Source: Candidatus Dojkabacteria bacterium
GTDB taxonomy: Bacteria > Patescibacteriota > Dojkabacteria > B142 > WJKM01
Direction: 5' to 3'
NCBI GenBank assembly: GCA_014729085.1
Contig: WJKM01000009.1
Location: forward strand, 61,973-125,972
DNA: 64,000 nt
Of the stretch, positions 1 through 8,507 are shown piece after piece. Both the position numbers and the translations under genes were made by a program. The notes below the pieces were generated by a model, which had not been told where the DNA came from, did no database searches, and saw nothing but the letters and a program-made list of their open reading frames with translations. Each line of letters opens with the position of its first letter. Positions within the stretch are counted from its first letter, which is position 1.

Positions 1-431
1 GCTTTGATTTCAATTTTCTTGGGCTTTACTTCATCCGCCTTAGGCATCTTAATTTTCAAGATTCCTTTTTCAAGTTCAGCTTCTGCTTTTTCAGATTTGA
101 CTTTTGTAGGTAATGCAATAGACCTACTGAATGAATCACATCTAATTTCTTTTCTAAAATACTTTCTTTTTTCATCTTTTTCTTGTTCTTGTTTTTCGGA
201 GGAGGCCGATACAGTAAGTACATTATCTTCTATACTAATATCAAGATCTTCATTGTCGAATCCGGAGATATTATTAAATTCAGCAACTATATTATCATCA
301 TCTTCATATAGATCTACAGCAATAGGAGAGTATTCTCCCACATCAAAGGGACTAAAAAAATTATCAAGCAAAAAGTCATCAGAAAATACTCTTCTTGGAT
401 CAAAAAGAGCTAATCGTCTGTTTTTTCTCAT
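1..431 (-). CDS. Hsp20/alpha-crystallin family small heat-shock protein. C-terminus is cut by the window start. Not in the ORF track because it has no in-window stop.
   Basis: Manual minus-strand translation from the ATG at 431 gives MRKNRRLALFDPRRVFSDDFLLDNFFSPFDVGEYSPIAVDLYEDDDNIVAEFNNISGFDNEDLDISIEDNVLTVSASSEKQEQEKDEKRKYFRKEIRCDSFSRSIALPTKVKSEKAEAELEKGILKIKMPKADEVKPKKIEIK with no stops. The F.R.F.LP and G(I/V)L.I..PK motifs are typical of Hsp20. Confidence 0.65.
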   Translation of the reverse strand, partial: MRKNRRLALFDPRRVFSDDFLLDNFFSPFDVGEYSPIAVDLYEDDDNIVAEFNNISGFDNEDLDISIEDNVLTVSASSEKQEQEKDEKRKYFRKEIRCDSFSRSIALPTKVKSEKAEAELEKGILKIKMPKADEVKPKKIEIK

Positions 432-456
432 AATAATAATTTTAAAAAATAAAATA

Positions 457-483
457 TTAGCAGTTGTTGACTGTGTCTGCTAA
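457..483 (-). promoter_or_regulatory. CIRCE-like inverted repeat (putative HrcA operator) in the Hsp20 leader
   Basis: A 27-nt element reads TTAGCAGAC-N9-AACTGCTAA on the minus strand, a 9-9-9 arrangement that matches the CIRCE consensus TTAGCACTC-N9-GAGTGCTAA at 7/9 positions in each arm. It sits between the predicted -10 box and the ATG. Confidence 0.4.
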
Positions 484-487
484 TTAT

Positions 488-516
488 TATATACAAAAAT
501 TTATTTATTTTGTCAA
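488..516 (-). promoter_or_regulatory. sigma70-like promoter for Hsp20 (-35 TTGACA at 511-516, -10 TATATA at 488-493, 17-nt spacer)
   Basis: Minus-strand reading is TTGACAaaataaataaatttttgTATATAat, with consensus hexamers at canonical spacing about 50 nt upstream of the ATG. Confidence 0.45.
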
Positions 517-651
517 GTTAGCAGATGATATATTTAAATGCTAAGTAAAAAAATGTAATTTTAGATAAAAATTTGCATTTAGATGTTGTAATTGTTTCTA
601 AATTCTGCAAATATATATTGGTAATAATTAAAGGTAATCTATATATATTCA

Positions 652-1914
652 ATGAATAAAGGAAAAGTTTTAATGCTAGGATGGGAGTATGCCCCTTTTT
701 ATTCAGGGGGGCTTGGAATTGTAACCCGTTCTATTGTTAATAGTCTTAAAAAACAAGGAATGGATATTATACTTGTATTACCTAAAGTTCCCTTTGAACT
801 AAATGAAGACCAACTAGAAATAATCAATGCTTCAAAAGTCAAAATAGAAAGCCCCGAAAGTATCATTTATTCAGATATTGAGATTAATAGTCTATTGACT
901 GCTTATTCAACTTCATACAGCTATAAGGAGAGAATTAATAAACTAATTGAAATAGGTGCCAAAGAAATGAGTGACAAAACTGCAAATGAGGTTTACGGAA
1001 CTAATTTGTTCAATGAGGTGGAGAGATATGCTCAAAAAGCTGCTAAGATTGCTGAAAAATATCCTCATCAAGTAATCCATACACATGACTGGATGACTGC
1101 AAAAGCAGGTCTTGCAGCAAAGAAGGTAAGTAATAAACCAATGGTTATGCATATTCATGCAACTGAATTTGAAAGGAGTGCTGGAAATCCTAATCAGGAT
1201 GTATATGAAATTGAACGAGAGGGTATGAATGGTGCAAGTAAAATTATTGCAGTATCTGAACGTACAAAAGAAAAAATTGTAAGCAATTATGGTGTGTCTG
1301 AGGATAAGGTAGTAGTTGTTCATAATGCAATAGAAAAATATCCACAAGCAAAACGTATTGGCAAGAAAATTAATAAAACAGATAAGATTGTATTATTTCT
1401 TGGTAGACTTACTTTACAAAAAGGAGCAGAATTTTTATTGGAAGCAGCAGAAAAAGTTTTAAGGCATAAAAGACGAGTGAAGTTTGTGTTTATTGGTCAT
1501 GGAGATATGCTTCCATTTTTAATTAAAAGGAGTATAGATCTAGGAATTGAAAAAAAAGTTATGTTTACTGGTTTTATGGATCATGAAGATGTAGATAAAG
1601 CCTATCAAATGGCAGATGTATATGTTATGCCTTCCGTGGATGAACCTTTTGGTATTACAACTTTAGAAGCTATTAAAAACGGTACACCAGTTATTATTTC
1701 AAAGCAATCTGGAGTTAGTGAAGTTATTGTAAATGCGTTAAAAGTTGATTTTTGGGATATTGATGAATTAGCAAATCAAATCTTAAGTGTGATTAGATAT
1801 AATCCACTTTCAAAGTGCATAGCCCAAAATGCTGAAGAAGAATTAAAGAGATTAGATTGGGATAAACAATGTAAGAAAATTATGAATGTCTACGAACAAG
1901 TTAATAGTAAGTAG
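652..1914 (+). CDS. Glycogen/starch synthase-like glycosyltransferase (archaeal-type GlgA, GT-B fold)
   Basis: A 420-aa ORF with an N-terminal GWEYAPFYSGGLGIV motif like the (K/E)xGGL of the starch-synthase catalytic domain, and a C-terminal glycosyltransferase-1 domain (EPFGITTLEA). It heads the glucan gene cluster. Confidence 0.7.
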   Translation: MNKGKVLMLGWEYAPFYSGGLGIVTRSIVNSLKKQGMDIILVLPKVPFELNEDQLEIINASKVKIESPESIIYSDIEINSLLTAYSTSYSYKERINKLIEIGAKEMSDKTANEVYGTNLFNEVERYAQKAAKIAEKYPHQVIHTHDWMTAKAGLAAKKVSNKPMVMHIHATEFERSAGNPNQDVYEIEREGMNGASKIIAVSERTKEKIVSNYGVSEDKVVVVHNAIEKYPQAKRIGKKINKTDKIVLFLGRLTLQKGAEFLLEAAEKVLRHKRRVKFVFIGHGDMLPFLIKRSIDLGIEKKVMFTGFMDHEDVDKAYQMADVYVMPSVDEPFGITTLEAIKNGTPVIISKQSGVSEVIVNALKVDFWDIDELANQILSVIRYNPLSKCIAQNAEEELKRLDWDKQCKKIMNVYEQVNSK

Positions 1915-1926
1915 GGAATTATTTTT

Positions 1927-3297
1927 TTGTCAACCTGCACTCATATAATCTTTTCACAGTGTTGTTTTATGTATAAAAAATCCATATGTTTTTATTTTCA
2001 AGTTCATCAACCTTGGCGTCTTTCCAAAGTTAATATACTTCGTTTAGCTGAGCAGGATGATTTATTTGAAGGTTTTGGACATGGGGATAATAAAGCAGTA
2101 TTTAAAAAAGTTGCCGAAAAGTGTTATTTGCCAACTAATAAACTTTTATATTCAATAATTAAGAAGCATCCTGAAGTAAAGGTAACTTTCTCTTTGTCTG
2201 GTGTATTCCTAGATCAGGCAGAATGTTTTGATAAAAGGGTGATTAAAAGTTTTAAAAAACTTCTGGATACTGGTAATGTGGAATTAATGAATGAGACGTA
2301 CTATCATTCATTAGCTTGGCTTTTTTCAAAAAAAGAATTTGCGCATCAAATTAAGATGCATAGATCTAAAATATGGAAATTATTTAAACGGAGACCAGTT
2401 TTTTTTAGAAATACTGAATTAATTTATAACAATCAAGTAGCTAACTTCGCAAGATTAATCGGTTTTAATGGAATAGTTGCAGAGGGATGGGATCCTCTCC
2501 TAAACGGTCAAAATCCAAATTTTGTATATAATGCAAAAACTTGCGATATTCATCCTGAAGATAGAAAAATTGCAGATGATGCTTGTTTTACAAAAAGGCG
2601 AAATCATAAAATTAAATTGTTGTTAAAAAATTATCGCCTTTCTGATGATATTGCTTTTAGATTTTCAAATAAAGACTGGCCTGAGTATCCTCTTACTGTA
2701 GAAAAGTATGCAGATTGGATTGAGTTTTCTGATGGTAATACCTACAATCTATTTTTGGATTATGAAACATTTGGCGAACATCAATGGGAAGAAACTGGAA
2801 TTTTTGAATTTCTTAGAAAACTTCCTACTGAATTACTGCAGAGAAATATATACTTTAGAACTGTATCAGAGACAATCAAAGATTATAGAGTAAAAGGTGA
2901 AATTGATATTCATAACCTCATTTCATGGGCAGATGAAAGTAGAGATCTTTCAGCATGGGTTGGTAATCGGATTCAAGAAGCTGCAATAAAAGCGGTTTAT
3001 GATTTGGAGCCAAGGATAATAGCATTGACTAAAGGAAAAAAGAGAAGAGAGGAAAAAGATGCCCTAATTGAAATTTGGCGTCGACTGCAAACATCTGATC
3101 ATTTTTATTATATGTGTACTAAGTACTGGAATGATGGTGATGTACATAAATACTTCAGTCATTACGAATCACCATATAACGCATTTATTAACTTTATGAA
3201 CTGTTTCAATGATTTTGTTTTACAGCTCGATAAGTTTGAACAACAAGACAAAAAAGACAAAATAGAATCAAAATCGGAAAAAATACATGAAGCTTAA
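1927..3297 (+). CDS. Glycoside hydrolase family 57 protein (alpha-amylase/4-alpha-glucanotransferase/branching-enzyme family). The true start is probably the Met at about 1969.
   Basis: The ICFYFQVHQPWRL block is the signature N-terminal GH57 motif (HQP). Its size and its place in the glucan cluster fit. The first 14 codons (MSTCTHIIFSQCCF) look like a spurious extension. Confidence 0.75.
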   Translation: MSTCTHIIFSQCCFMYKKSICFYFQVHQPWRLSKVNILRLAEQDDLFEGFGHGDNKAVFKKVAEKCYLPTNKLLYSIIKKHPEVKVTFSLSGVFLDQAECFDKRVIKSFKKLLDTGNVELMNETYYHSLAWLFSKKEFAHQIKMHRSKIWKLFKRRPVFFRNTELIYNNQVANFARLIGFNGIVAEGWDPLLNGQNPNFVYNAKTCDIHPEDRKIADDACFTKRRNHKIKLLLKNYRLSDDIAFRFSNKDWPEYPLTVEKYADWIEFSDGNTYNLFLDYETFGEHQWEETGIFEFLRKLPTELLQRNIYFRTVSETIKDYRVKGEIDIHNLISWADESRDLSAWVGNRIQEAAIKAVYDLEPRIIALTKGKKRREEKDALIEIWRRLQTSDHFYYMCTKYWNDGDVHKYFSHYESPYNAFINFMNCFNDFVLQLDKFEQQDKKDKIESKSEKIHEA

Positions 3298-4708
3298 ATA
3301 TATCCTCTATACAACTATCTTGTTATTCTTATTAACCTTTTCTACTATTAACGCAAAAGATATCTGCGATAATATTTTTCTTGATGTTAATTCGGGAGAG
3401 GAAAATTGTAAACATATTGAATACTTGTTGTATCAGGAGGTAATTCCAAATAAGAAATGTTTCTTTCCTCAAAAGCCGGCAAGGAGAGGAGAGGTAGCAC
3501 ATATGATAGTTAATGCTTTTAATTTTAATATCGGATATAGAGAGAATAGTTTTACAGATATAGGGGAAGATTATGAATATTATCAAGAGATTCTAACCTT
3601 GAATCAGCTAGAAATATTAAATGGTTATTCGGATGGATCTTTTAAGCCATACAGGCCAATAACTCGTGGTGAATTTATGAAAATTTTAGCTAATTCATTA
3701 AGAGAAAAAAAATGGTATCTATATAAAGAAAGTACAATAAATTTGGAAACTGTTTTTTCCGATGTTCCTCAAGATTATTGTTTTAGAGAATATATTTCAA
3801 ATTTATATTCGATTAAGCTTCCAAACGAGGAACGAATCTTCCGTGGATTTTCAGATGGAACATTTAAACCCGACAAAAATATATCCAAATCATCTATAGC
3901 AAAAATAATTACAAATACGATGAAGTATGCTGGTTTATTTAATCTTAGTTGTCAGGATTTTTACTGCTCAGATAGATATAGTACTAATCTTCATTTATTA
4001 GGGTTAGAAGACATGTATAAAGAGCAGATAGATTTAGAGAATTTAATCTTAAATCTAGGCTACAGCATAGAAAAAAGACCTATATTGGCACATGTGTTCG
4101 GAGAGGGTTGCGAAACATATTTGTTCATTGGGGGTATCCATGGGAGTGAATATAATTCTAGTAATTTAATGAAGCAATGGATAAAGGAAGTAAAAGGTAA
4201 TCAGGGTATTTGGAATAATAAAAGAATAATAATAATTCCCGAATCAAATCCTGACGGTCTTGTAAAACATAAAAGACTTAATTCAAACAATGTTGATCTA
4301 AACCGTAATTTTGATGCAGATTGGCAACAGGTTACTTTCCTAGGTAATCAGGTTTTTTCAAAGGGTGGTGGCTCATATCCATTTTCTGAACCCGAAACTC
4401 AAGTATTAAGAGACTTTGTTATTGCAACGGAACCTAGTTTGATTATTTCATATCATAGCGCTGCTGGTTTTTCGATACCTAATGATAATAAATTAGCATA
4501 TAACATAGCTTTAGAATACTCCGAGTATTCAGGTTATAGATTTACAGGAGATGATGAGTTAAAAGGGTTTGATTATATTATAACTGGATCCTTAGGGAAT
4601 TGGGCGGCTTCGCTTGATATACCAGCGATAGTTGTTGAACTCTCTTCTACCCATAATAACGAATTTGATAAAAATAAGGATGCGATGTGGCAAATTGTAA
4701 ATAGATAA
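3287..4708 (+). CDS. Secreted protein with three SLH (S-layer homology) repeats and an M14 zinc-carboxypeptidase domain
   Basis: Signal-peptide-like N-terminus. There are three repeats of the F(S/T)D....Y......L......I..GysDG(S/T)FKP....TRGE pattern typical of SLH. M14 motifs follow: GGIHGSEY (HxxE), ESNPDG, DLNRNF, SYHS. Confidence 0.6.
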   Translation: MKLKYILYTTILLFLLTFSTINAKDICDNIFLDVNSGEENCKHIEYLLYQEVIPNKKCFFPQKPARRGEVAHMIVNAFNFNIGYRENSFTDIGEDYEYYQEILTLNQLEILNGYSDGSFKPYRPITRGEFMKILANSLREKKWYLYKESTINLETVFSDVPQDYCFREYISNLYSIKLPNEERIFRGFSDGTFKPDKNISKSSIAKIITNTMKYAGLFNLSCQDFYCSDRYSTNLHLLGLEDMYKEQIDLENLILNLGYSIEKRPILAHVFGEGCETYLFIGGIHGSEYNSSNLMKQWIKEVKGNQGIWNNKRIIIIPESNPDGLVKHKRLNSNNVDLNRNFDADWQQVTFLGNQVFSKGGGSYPFSEPETQVLRDFVIATEPSLIISYHSAAGFSIPNDNKLAYNIALEYSEYSGYRFTGDDELKGFDYIITGSLGNWAASLDIPAIVVELSSTHNNEFDKNKDAMWQIVNR

Positions 4709-4875
4709 TTCTCAATTCTTTAATGAGAATTAAGAAAGAAATCTTAATAAGCTTAGCGAACAAATTGTACTAAGATTAATATAACTAATGTGTAATTGAA
4801 TCATTTTTTACTGGATGAAGGAAATATACTATGATAAATAGGAAGTGAATATATTTTGCATATTAATTATTCTTT

Positions 4876-5994
4876 ATGAGTAACGCAAAACTTACCTATG
4901 ACGAGTTAATAGAACAGCATCTTAAAATTTTGAAGGATTTACAGTATGATTCCGGGCTATTTGCCGCTTCAAGAAAAAATGTAGAAACTGGTTATGATAA
5001 ATCTTGGTTAAGAGATAATTTCTATGAATGCCTTGCTTTTGAAGTAATTGGTGACTGGGATACAGTGGAAAAAACATATGATGCATTATTGGATATATTT
5101 TTAAAATATGAATCAAAGATTGATTGGGCTATAGAGAATAAACCTATGGCCAAACATGAATATATACATGCTCGATACGATCCTGAAAGTTTTAATGAGT
5201 TTTGGGATGAATGGGGAAATAAACAGAATGATGCTGTGGGTGCAATTCTATTCAAAGTTGGACAACTCGAAGGAAATCATAAGAGAGCAGTTTTGGAAAA
5301 TAAAGATCGAATTAGAATTGTGAATAAATTAGTTAAGTATTTGGAAAGTATTGAATATTGGCATGATAGAGATAGTGGAATGTGGGAAGAGGATGAAGAG
5401 ATACATGCATCATCGGTTGGAGCTTGTGTAGCAGGGCTGAAATCTGTAAGAGAACTTCCGCAGATTGATGTTCCAATGTATTTGATCAAGAGAGGTGAGG
5501 AAACTTTGAAAGCATTACTTCCTCGTGAATCTGAGAGAAAGTTCGTGGATCTTGCGTTGCTTTCCCTTATATACCCCTACAACGTTGTTGATAAGAAACA
5601 AAGTCAGCGAATCCTTGATCATGTAGAGTATCATCTTCTAAAGAGTAGAGGAGTAATCAGATATAAAAATGATCATTACTATAATAAGAATCCTGATGGT
5701 TATAGTGAGGAAGCTGAATGGACTTTTGGATTGTCTTGGCTTGCTATTATCTATGAGAGATTGGGTAATACTAAAAAGGCAAAGTTCTTTATCAAAAAGA
5801 TGGTCGATACACTTACAGAAAAAGGCATACCTGAATTATATTTTTCGAACTCTGATCAGTATAATGAAAATAATCCCTTAGGTTGGAGTGAATCTTTGTT
5901 TATTGTAGCTTTGCATGAAATTAACAACAAAATTCTTAAAGGAAACACTATTTCTAAACCTCCAGTTAATGTAAAGTCAGTTAAATTAAATTAA
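4876..5994 (+). CDS. GH15 (glucoamylase-like, alpha/alpha-6 barrel) family protein, short form
   Basis: GLFAASR....GYDKSWLRDNFY and WEEDEE.HASSVGACVAGL resemble GH15 catalytic-domain blocks. It lies in the glucan cluster. Confidence 0.55.
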   Translation: MSNAKLTYDELIEQHLKILKDLQYDSGLFAASRKNVETGYDKSWLRDNFYECLAFEVIGDWDTVEKTYDALLDIFLKYESKIDWAIENKPMAKHEYIHARYDPESFNEFWDEWGNKQNDAVGAILFKVGQLEGNHKRAVLENKDRIRIVNKLVKYLESIEYWHDRDSGMWEEDEEIHASSVGACVAGLKSVRELPQIDVPMYLIKRGEETLKALLPRESERKFVDLALLSLIYPYNVVDKKQSQRILDHVEYHLLKSRGVIRYKNDHYYNKNPDGYSEEAEWTFGLSWLAIIYERLGNTKKAKFFIKKMVDTLTEKGIPELYFSNSDQYNENNPLGWSESLFIVALHEINNKILKGNTISKPPVNVKSVKLN

Positions 5995-6108
5995 GATCAT
6001 TTCAATACAAAAAGTTGTTAAACGAGCAAATATTTTGACTCTCAATTTCCTATAGCATAAAATAAAATATGTAATTTTCATTTATTCATTATTTTTGTAA
6101 CTGCCCGT

Positions 6109-8022
6109 ATGCAGAAAGAATACTTAATTACAAACAGATTAGGAGCTTATTCCTCGAGTACATATGATCTTGGGAACACAAGAAAATATCATGGCTTACT
6201 AGTTGTTTCCAATTCTAATATTGAAAGAAAAGTAATTGTAAACAGGCTAGATGAAAAAGTTGAATTCAGAGGACGGATTGAATATTTAAGCACTAATATT
6301 TATAAAGGTAACTATATAAATCCGTCAGGACATAAATGGCTCAGAAATTTCTCTCTTGAGGATGATCCACTATTTGAATATTTAATAGAATTAATCAGAA
6401 TAAAAAAGAGGATTAAGTTAGCTGATAGATCCAATAAAGTAGAAATTTTTTATGATATAGAAACAAAAATCCCCTTTTTCCTTACAGTTAAACCTTTATT
6501 AACCAATCGTTCTTTTCATGCATTGTCAAAATTTGAAAATACAGATACGTTAAAAGTGTCGGGAAATTATAATGAGGTGAGTGTAGATCTGGATCAAGAA
6601 AGCCATTTAGATATTACTGGAAACTTTAGTGAATTTACTGAAAATAAGGATATTTTTTATAACTTTGAATATCCAGTAGAAAGGGAACGAGGATACGATT
6701 TTCTTGAAGATTTATTTTCAATTGGCGATTTTACATTCAATTTTGGTAGTGGAAAACATAAAATTAATTTGAGGTTTTCTTACCACAATAATAATGATAA
6801 ACAGACCCAGAGCAATAATTTGGATTCTGGGATACTAATAGGAAAACCATCAAAGAGTAATTTGGATACGTTTGATCTACAAAATAACGAGTTGAATGAA
6901 TTTTTGCATTTCTTAGATCAGAAAGCTGATGATTTTATAATAATTAATAATAAGAGAAAATCCATTATAGCTGGCTATCATTGGTTTGAAGATTGGGGGA
7001 GAGATACATTCATTTCATTCAGAGGGTTACTGCTATGTAGAGATAATTTCAATCTTAGTAGGAATATAATTCTGGATTGGATGAAACATATTCGAAACGG
7101 TTTGATTCCAAATCGACCAGGATTAAAGGAATATAACTCATTGGATGCTACACTGTGGTTTATAGTATCTATTTATTATTACTGGCAGGAAACCCAGGAT
7201 GATAAGTTAATTCAATCGTTAATGCCACAGATATCAAATTTGCTTCAGAATCTTATTCTTGGTACTAAATATGGTATCCATACCCTTAAAAATGGTCTTC
7301 TTATCTCTACAGATAATTCCAAAGGTTTAACATGGATGGATGCGGTTGTTAATGGTCAGGCTGTTACTCCAAGGACAGATGCAGCGGTAGAGATCCAGAT
7401 GCTTTGGTATAACGTACTCAATATCTACAAAGTATTTGAATCAAAATTTAATTCATCAAACGATAACTATTATATTAATTTAATCTTAAAAAATCTTAAA
7501 AAGACTTTTAATGAATTATTCTGGGTTGATAAAACTCAATATTTAGCAGACTCAGTTAAACAGAATAATAGGAATATAGAAATAAGACCAAATCCTGTAA
7601 TTGGTATGTCTTTACCTTTTAAATTATTAACCGATAATAAAGCAAAACTTGTTTTAGATAAAATTCAGAAAAAATTACTAACCAAAGTAGGTTTAAAAAC
7701 ATTAAGTCCAGATTCGGAAAAATATATAGGTGAGTACAAAGGAGGGCAAGAAGATCGAGATAGAGCTTATCATAACGGTACTGTATGGCCTTGGCTTTTA
7801 GGGTTCTATTTAAAAAGCTATCTGAATGTTTATGGCAAAACAGAAGTTTCGAAAAATTATATAAAATCTAAACTTTTAGATTTCTGGAGAGAAGTGCAAA
7901 ATCAAGATTTAAATTATTTGCCTGAGGTGTTTTCTGCAGACACTTTGGAACCAAACGGCTGTCTTTCCCAAGCATGGAATTATGCAACTTTAATTGAGGT
8001 TTTATATGATCTTGTTAATTAA
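6109..8022 (+). CDS. Glycogen debranching enzyme (archaeal/bacterial GDE, amylo-alpha-1,6-glucosidase family)
   Basis: A 637-aa ORF. IIAGYHWFEDWGRDTFISFRGLLL is the hallmark of the GDE_C amylo-1,6-glucosidase domain. The N-terminal domain (MQKEYLITNRLGAYSSST..KYHGLLV) is of the GDE_N type. Confidence 0.75.
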   Translation: MQKEYLITNRLGAYSSSTYDLGNTRKYHGLLVVSNSNIERKVIVNRLDEKVEFRGRIEYLSTNIYKGNYINPSGHKWLRNFSLEDDPLFEYLIELIRIKKRIKLADRSNKVEIFYDIETKIPFFLTVKPLLTNRSFHALSKFENTDTLKVSGNYNEVSVDLDQESHLDITGNFSEFTENKDIFYNFEYPVERERGYDFLEDLFSIGDFTFNFGSGKHKINLRFSYHNNNDKQTQSNNLDSGILIGKPSKSNLDTFDLQNNELNEFLHFLDQKADDFIIINNKRKSIIAGYHWFEDWGRDTFISFRGLLLCRDNFNLSRNIILDWMKHIRNGLIPNRPGLKEYNSLDATLWFIVSIYYYWQETQDDKLIQSLMPQISNLLQNLILGTKYGIHTLKNGLLISTDNSKGLTWMDAVVNGQAVTPRTDAAVEIQMLWYNVLNIYKVFESKFNSSNDNYYINLILKNLKKTFNELFWVDKTQYLADSVKQNNRNIEIRPNPVIGMSLPFKLLTDNKAKLVLDKIQKKLLTKVGLKTLSPDSEKYIGEYKGGQEDRDRAYHNGTVWPWLLGFYLKSYLNVYGKTEVSKNYIKSKLLDFWREVQNQDLNYLPEVFSADTLEPNGCLSQAWNYATLIEVLYDLVN

Positions 8023-8030
8023 TATTTTTA

Positions 8031-8468
8031 TTGATAATCATGTTAGATAATATACTAGTTTTTGCAAAAAGCAATCCATTAGTATTTACAGTATTAGCTC
8101 TTGGACTTGTAGTTTTTTTAATGCTTGTATTTGTTGTTTTTACAATAAAAAAAATTGCAGCATTTATAAAATTTGCAGTTTTTGCAATATTTATACTTAT
8201 TCTCTCGATTTTTATATATTTTTCTTTCATAAAAGATAGGAAAGCTCAGTATGATATTTGCGAAACTAATCCTGGAAGTTATGGATGCTGGGTTTGTGAG
8301 AATCAAGATCGCTACTCCGATCTTACTGTCACTCAATGTAATGATTGTAATGATAACCCTGAAGCTTTTATTGTTGGTTCAATTGTCAAATGTAAAGAAG
8401 AAACAGAAGAGGAAGGGGAGGTTTTATCAGAAAAAGAAATAATGGATATATTAGGAGTATCCGAATAG
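8031..8468 (+). CDS. Small membrane protein (2 TM helices) with a C-terminal Cys-rich acidic domain
   Basis: Two hydrophobic helices are followed by CETNPGSYGCWVCEN...CNDCNDNPEA..CKEE. It is tightly packed between the GDE and GH15 genes. I chose it over overlapping small ORFs on both strands. Confidence 0.4.
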   Translation: MIIMLDNILVFAKSNPLVFTVLALGLVVFLMLVFVVFTIKKIAAFIKFAVFAIFILILSIFIYFSFIKDRKAQYDICETNPGSYGCWVCENQDRYSDLTVTQCNDCNDNPEAFIVGSIVKCKEETEEEGEVLSEKEIMDILGVSE

Positions 8469-8507
8469 AGAAAGGTAAAAGAAATTAATTTTAAAATATT
8501 TAGGTGT

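Noticed and set aside
4-483. 159-aa plus-strand ORF from the provided track
   Set aside because: Low-complexity Ser/Leu-rich translation. The opposite strand encodes an Hsp20 protein with the classic motifs and its own promoter and operator, so the plus ORF is an antisense artifact.
943-1347. 134-aa minus-strand ORF inside the GlgA-like gene
   Set aside because: It is fully nested antisense to a well-supported glycosyltransferase. Its composition (F/I/N/Y/C-rich) is typical of AT-rich antisense frames.
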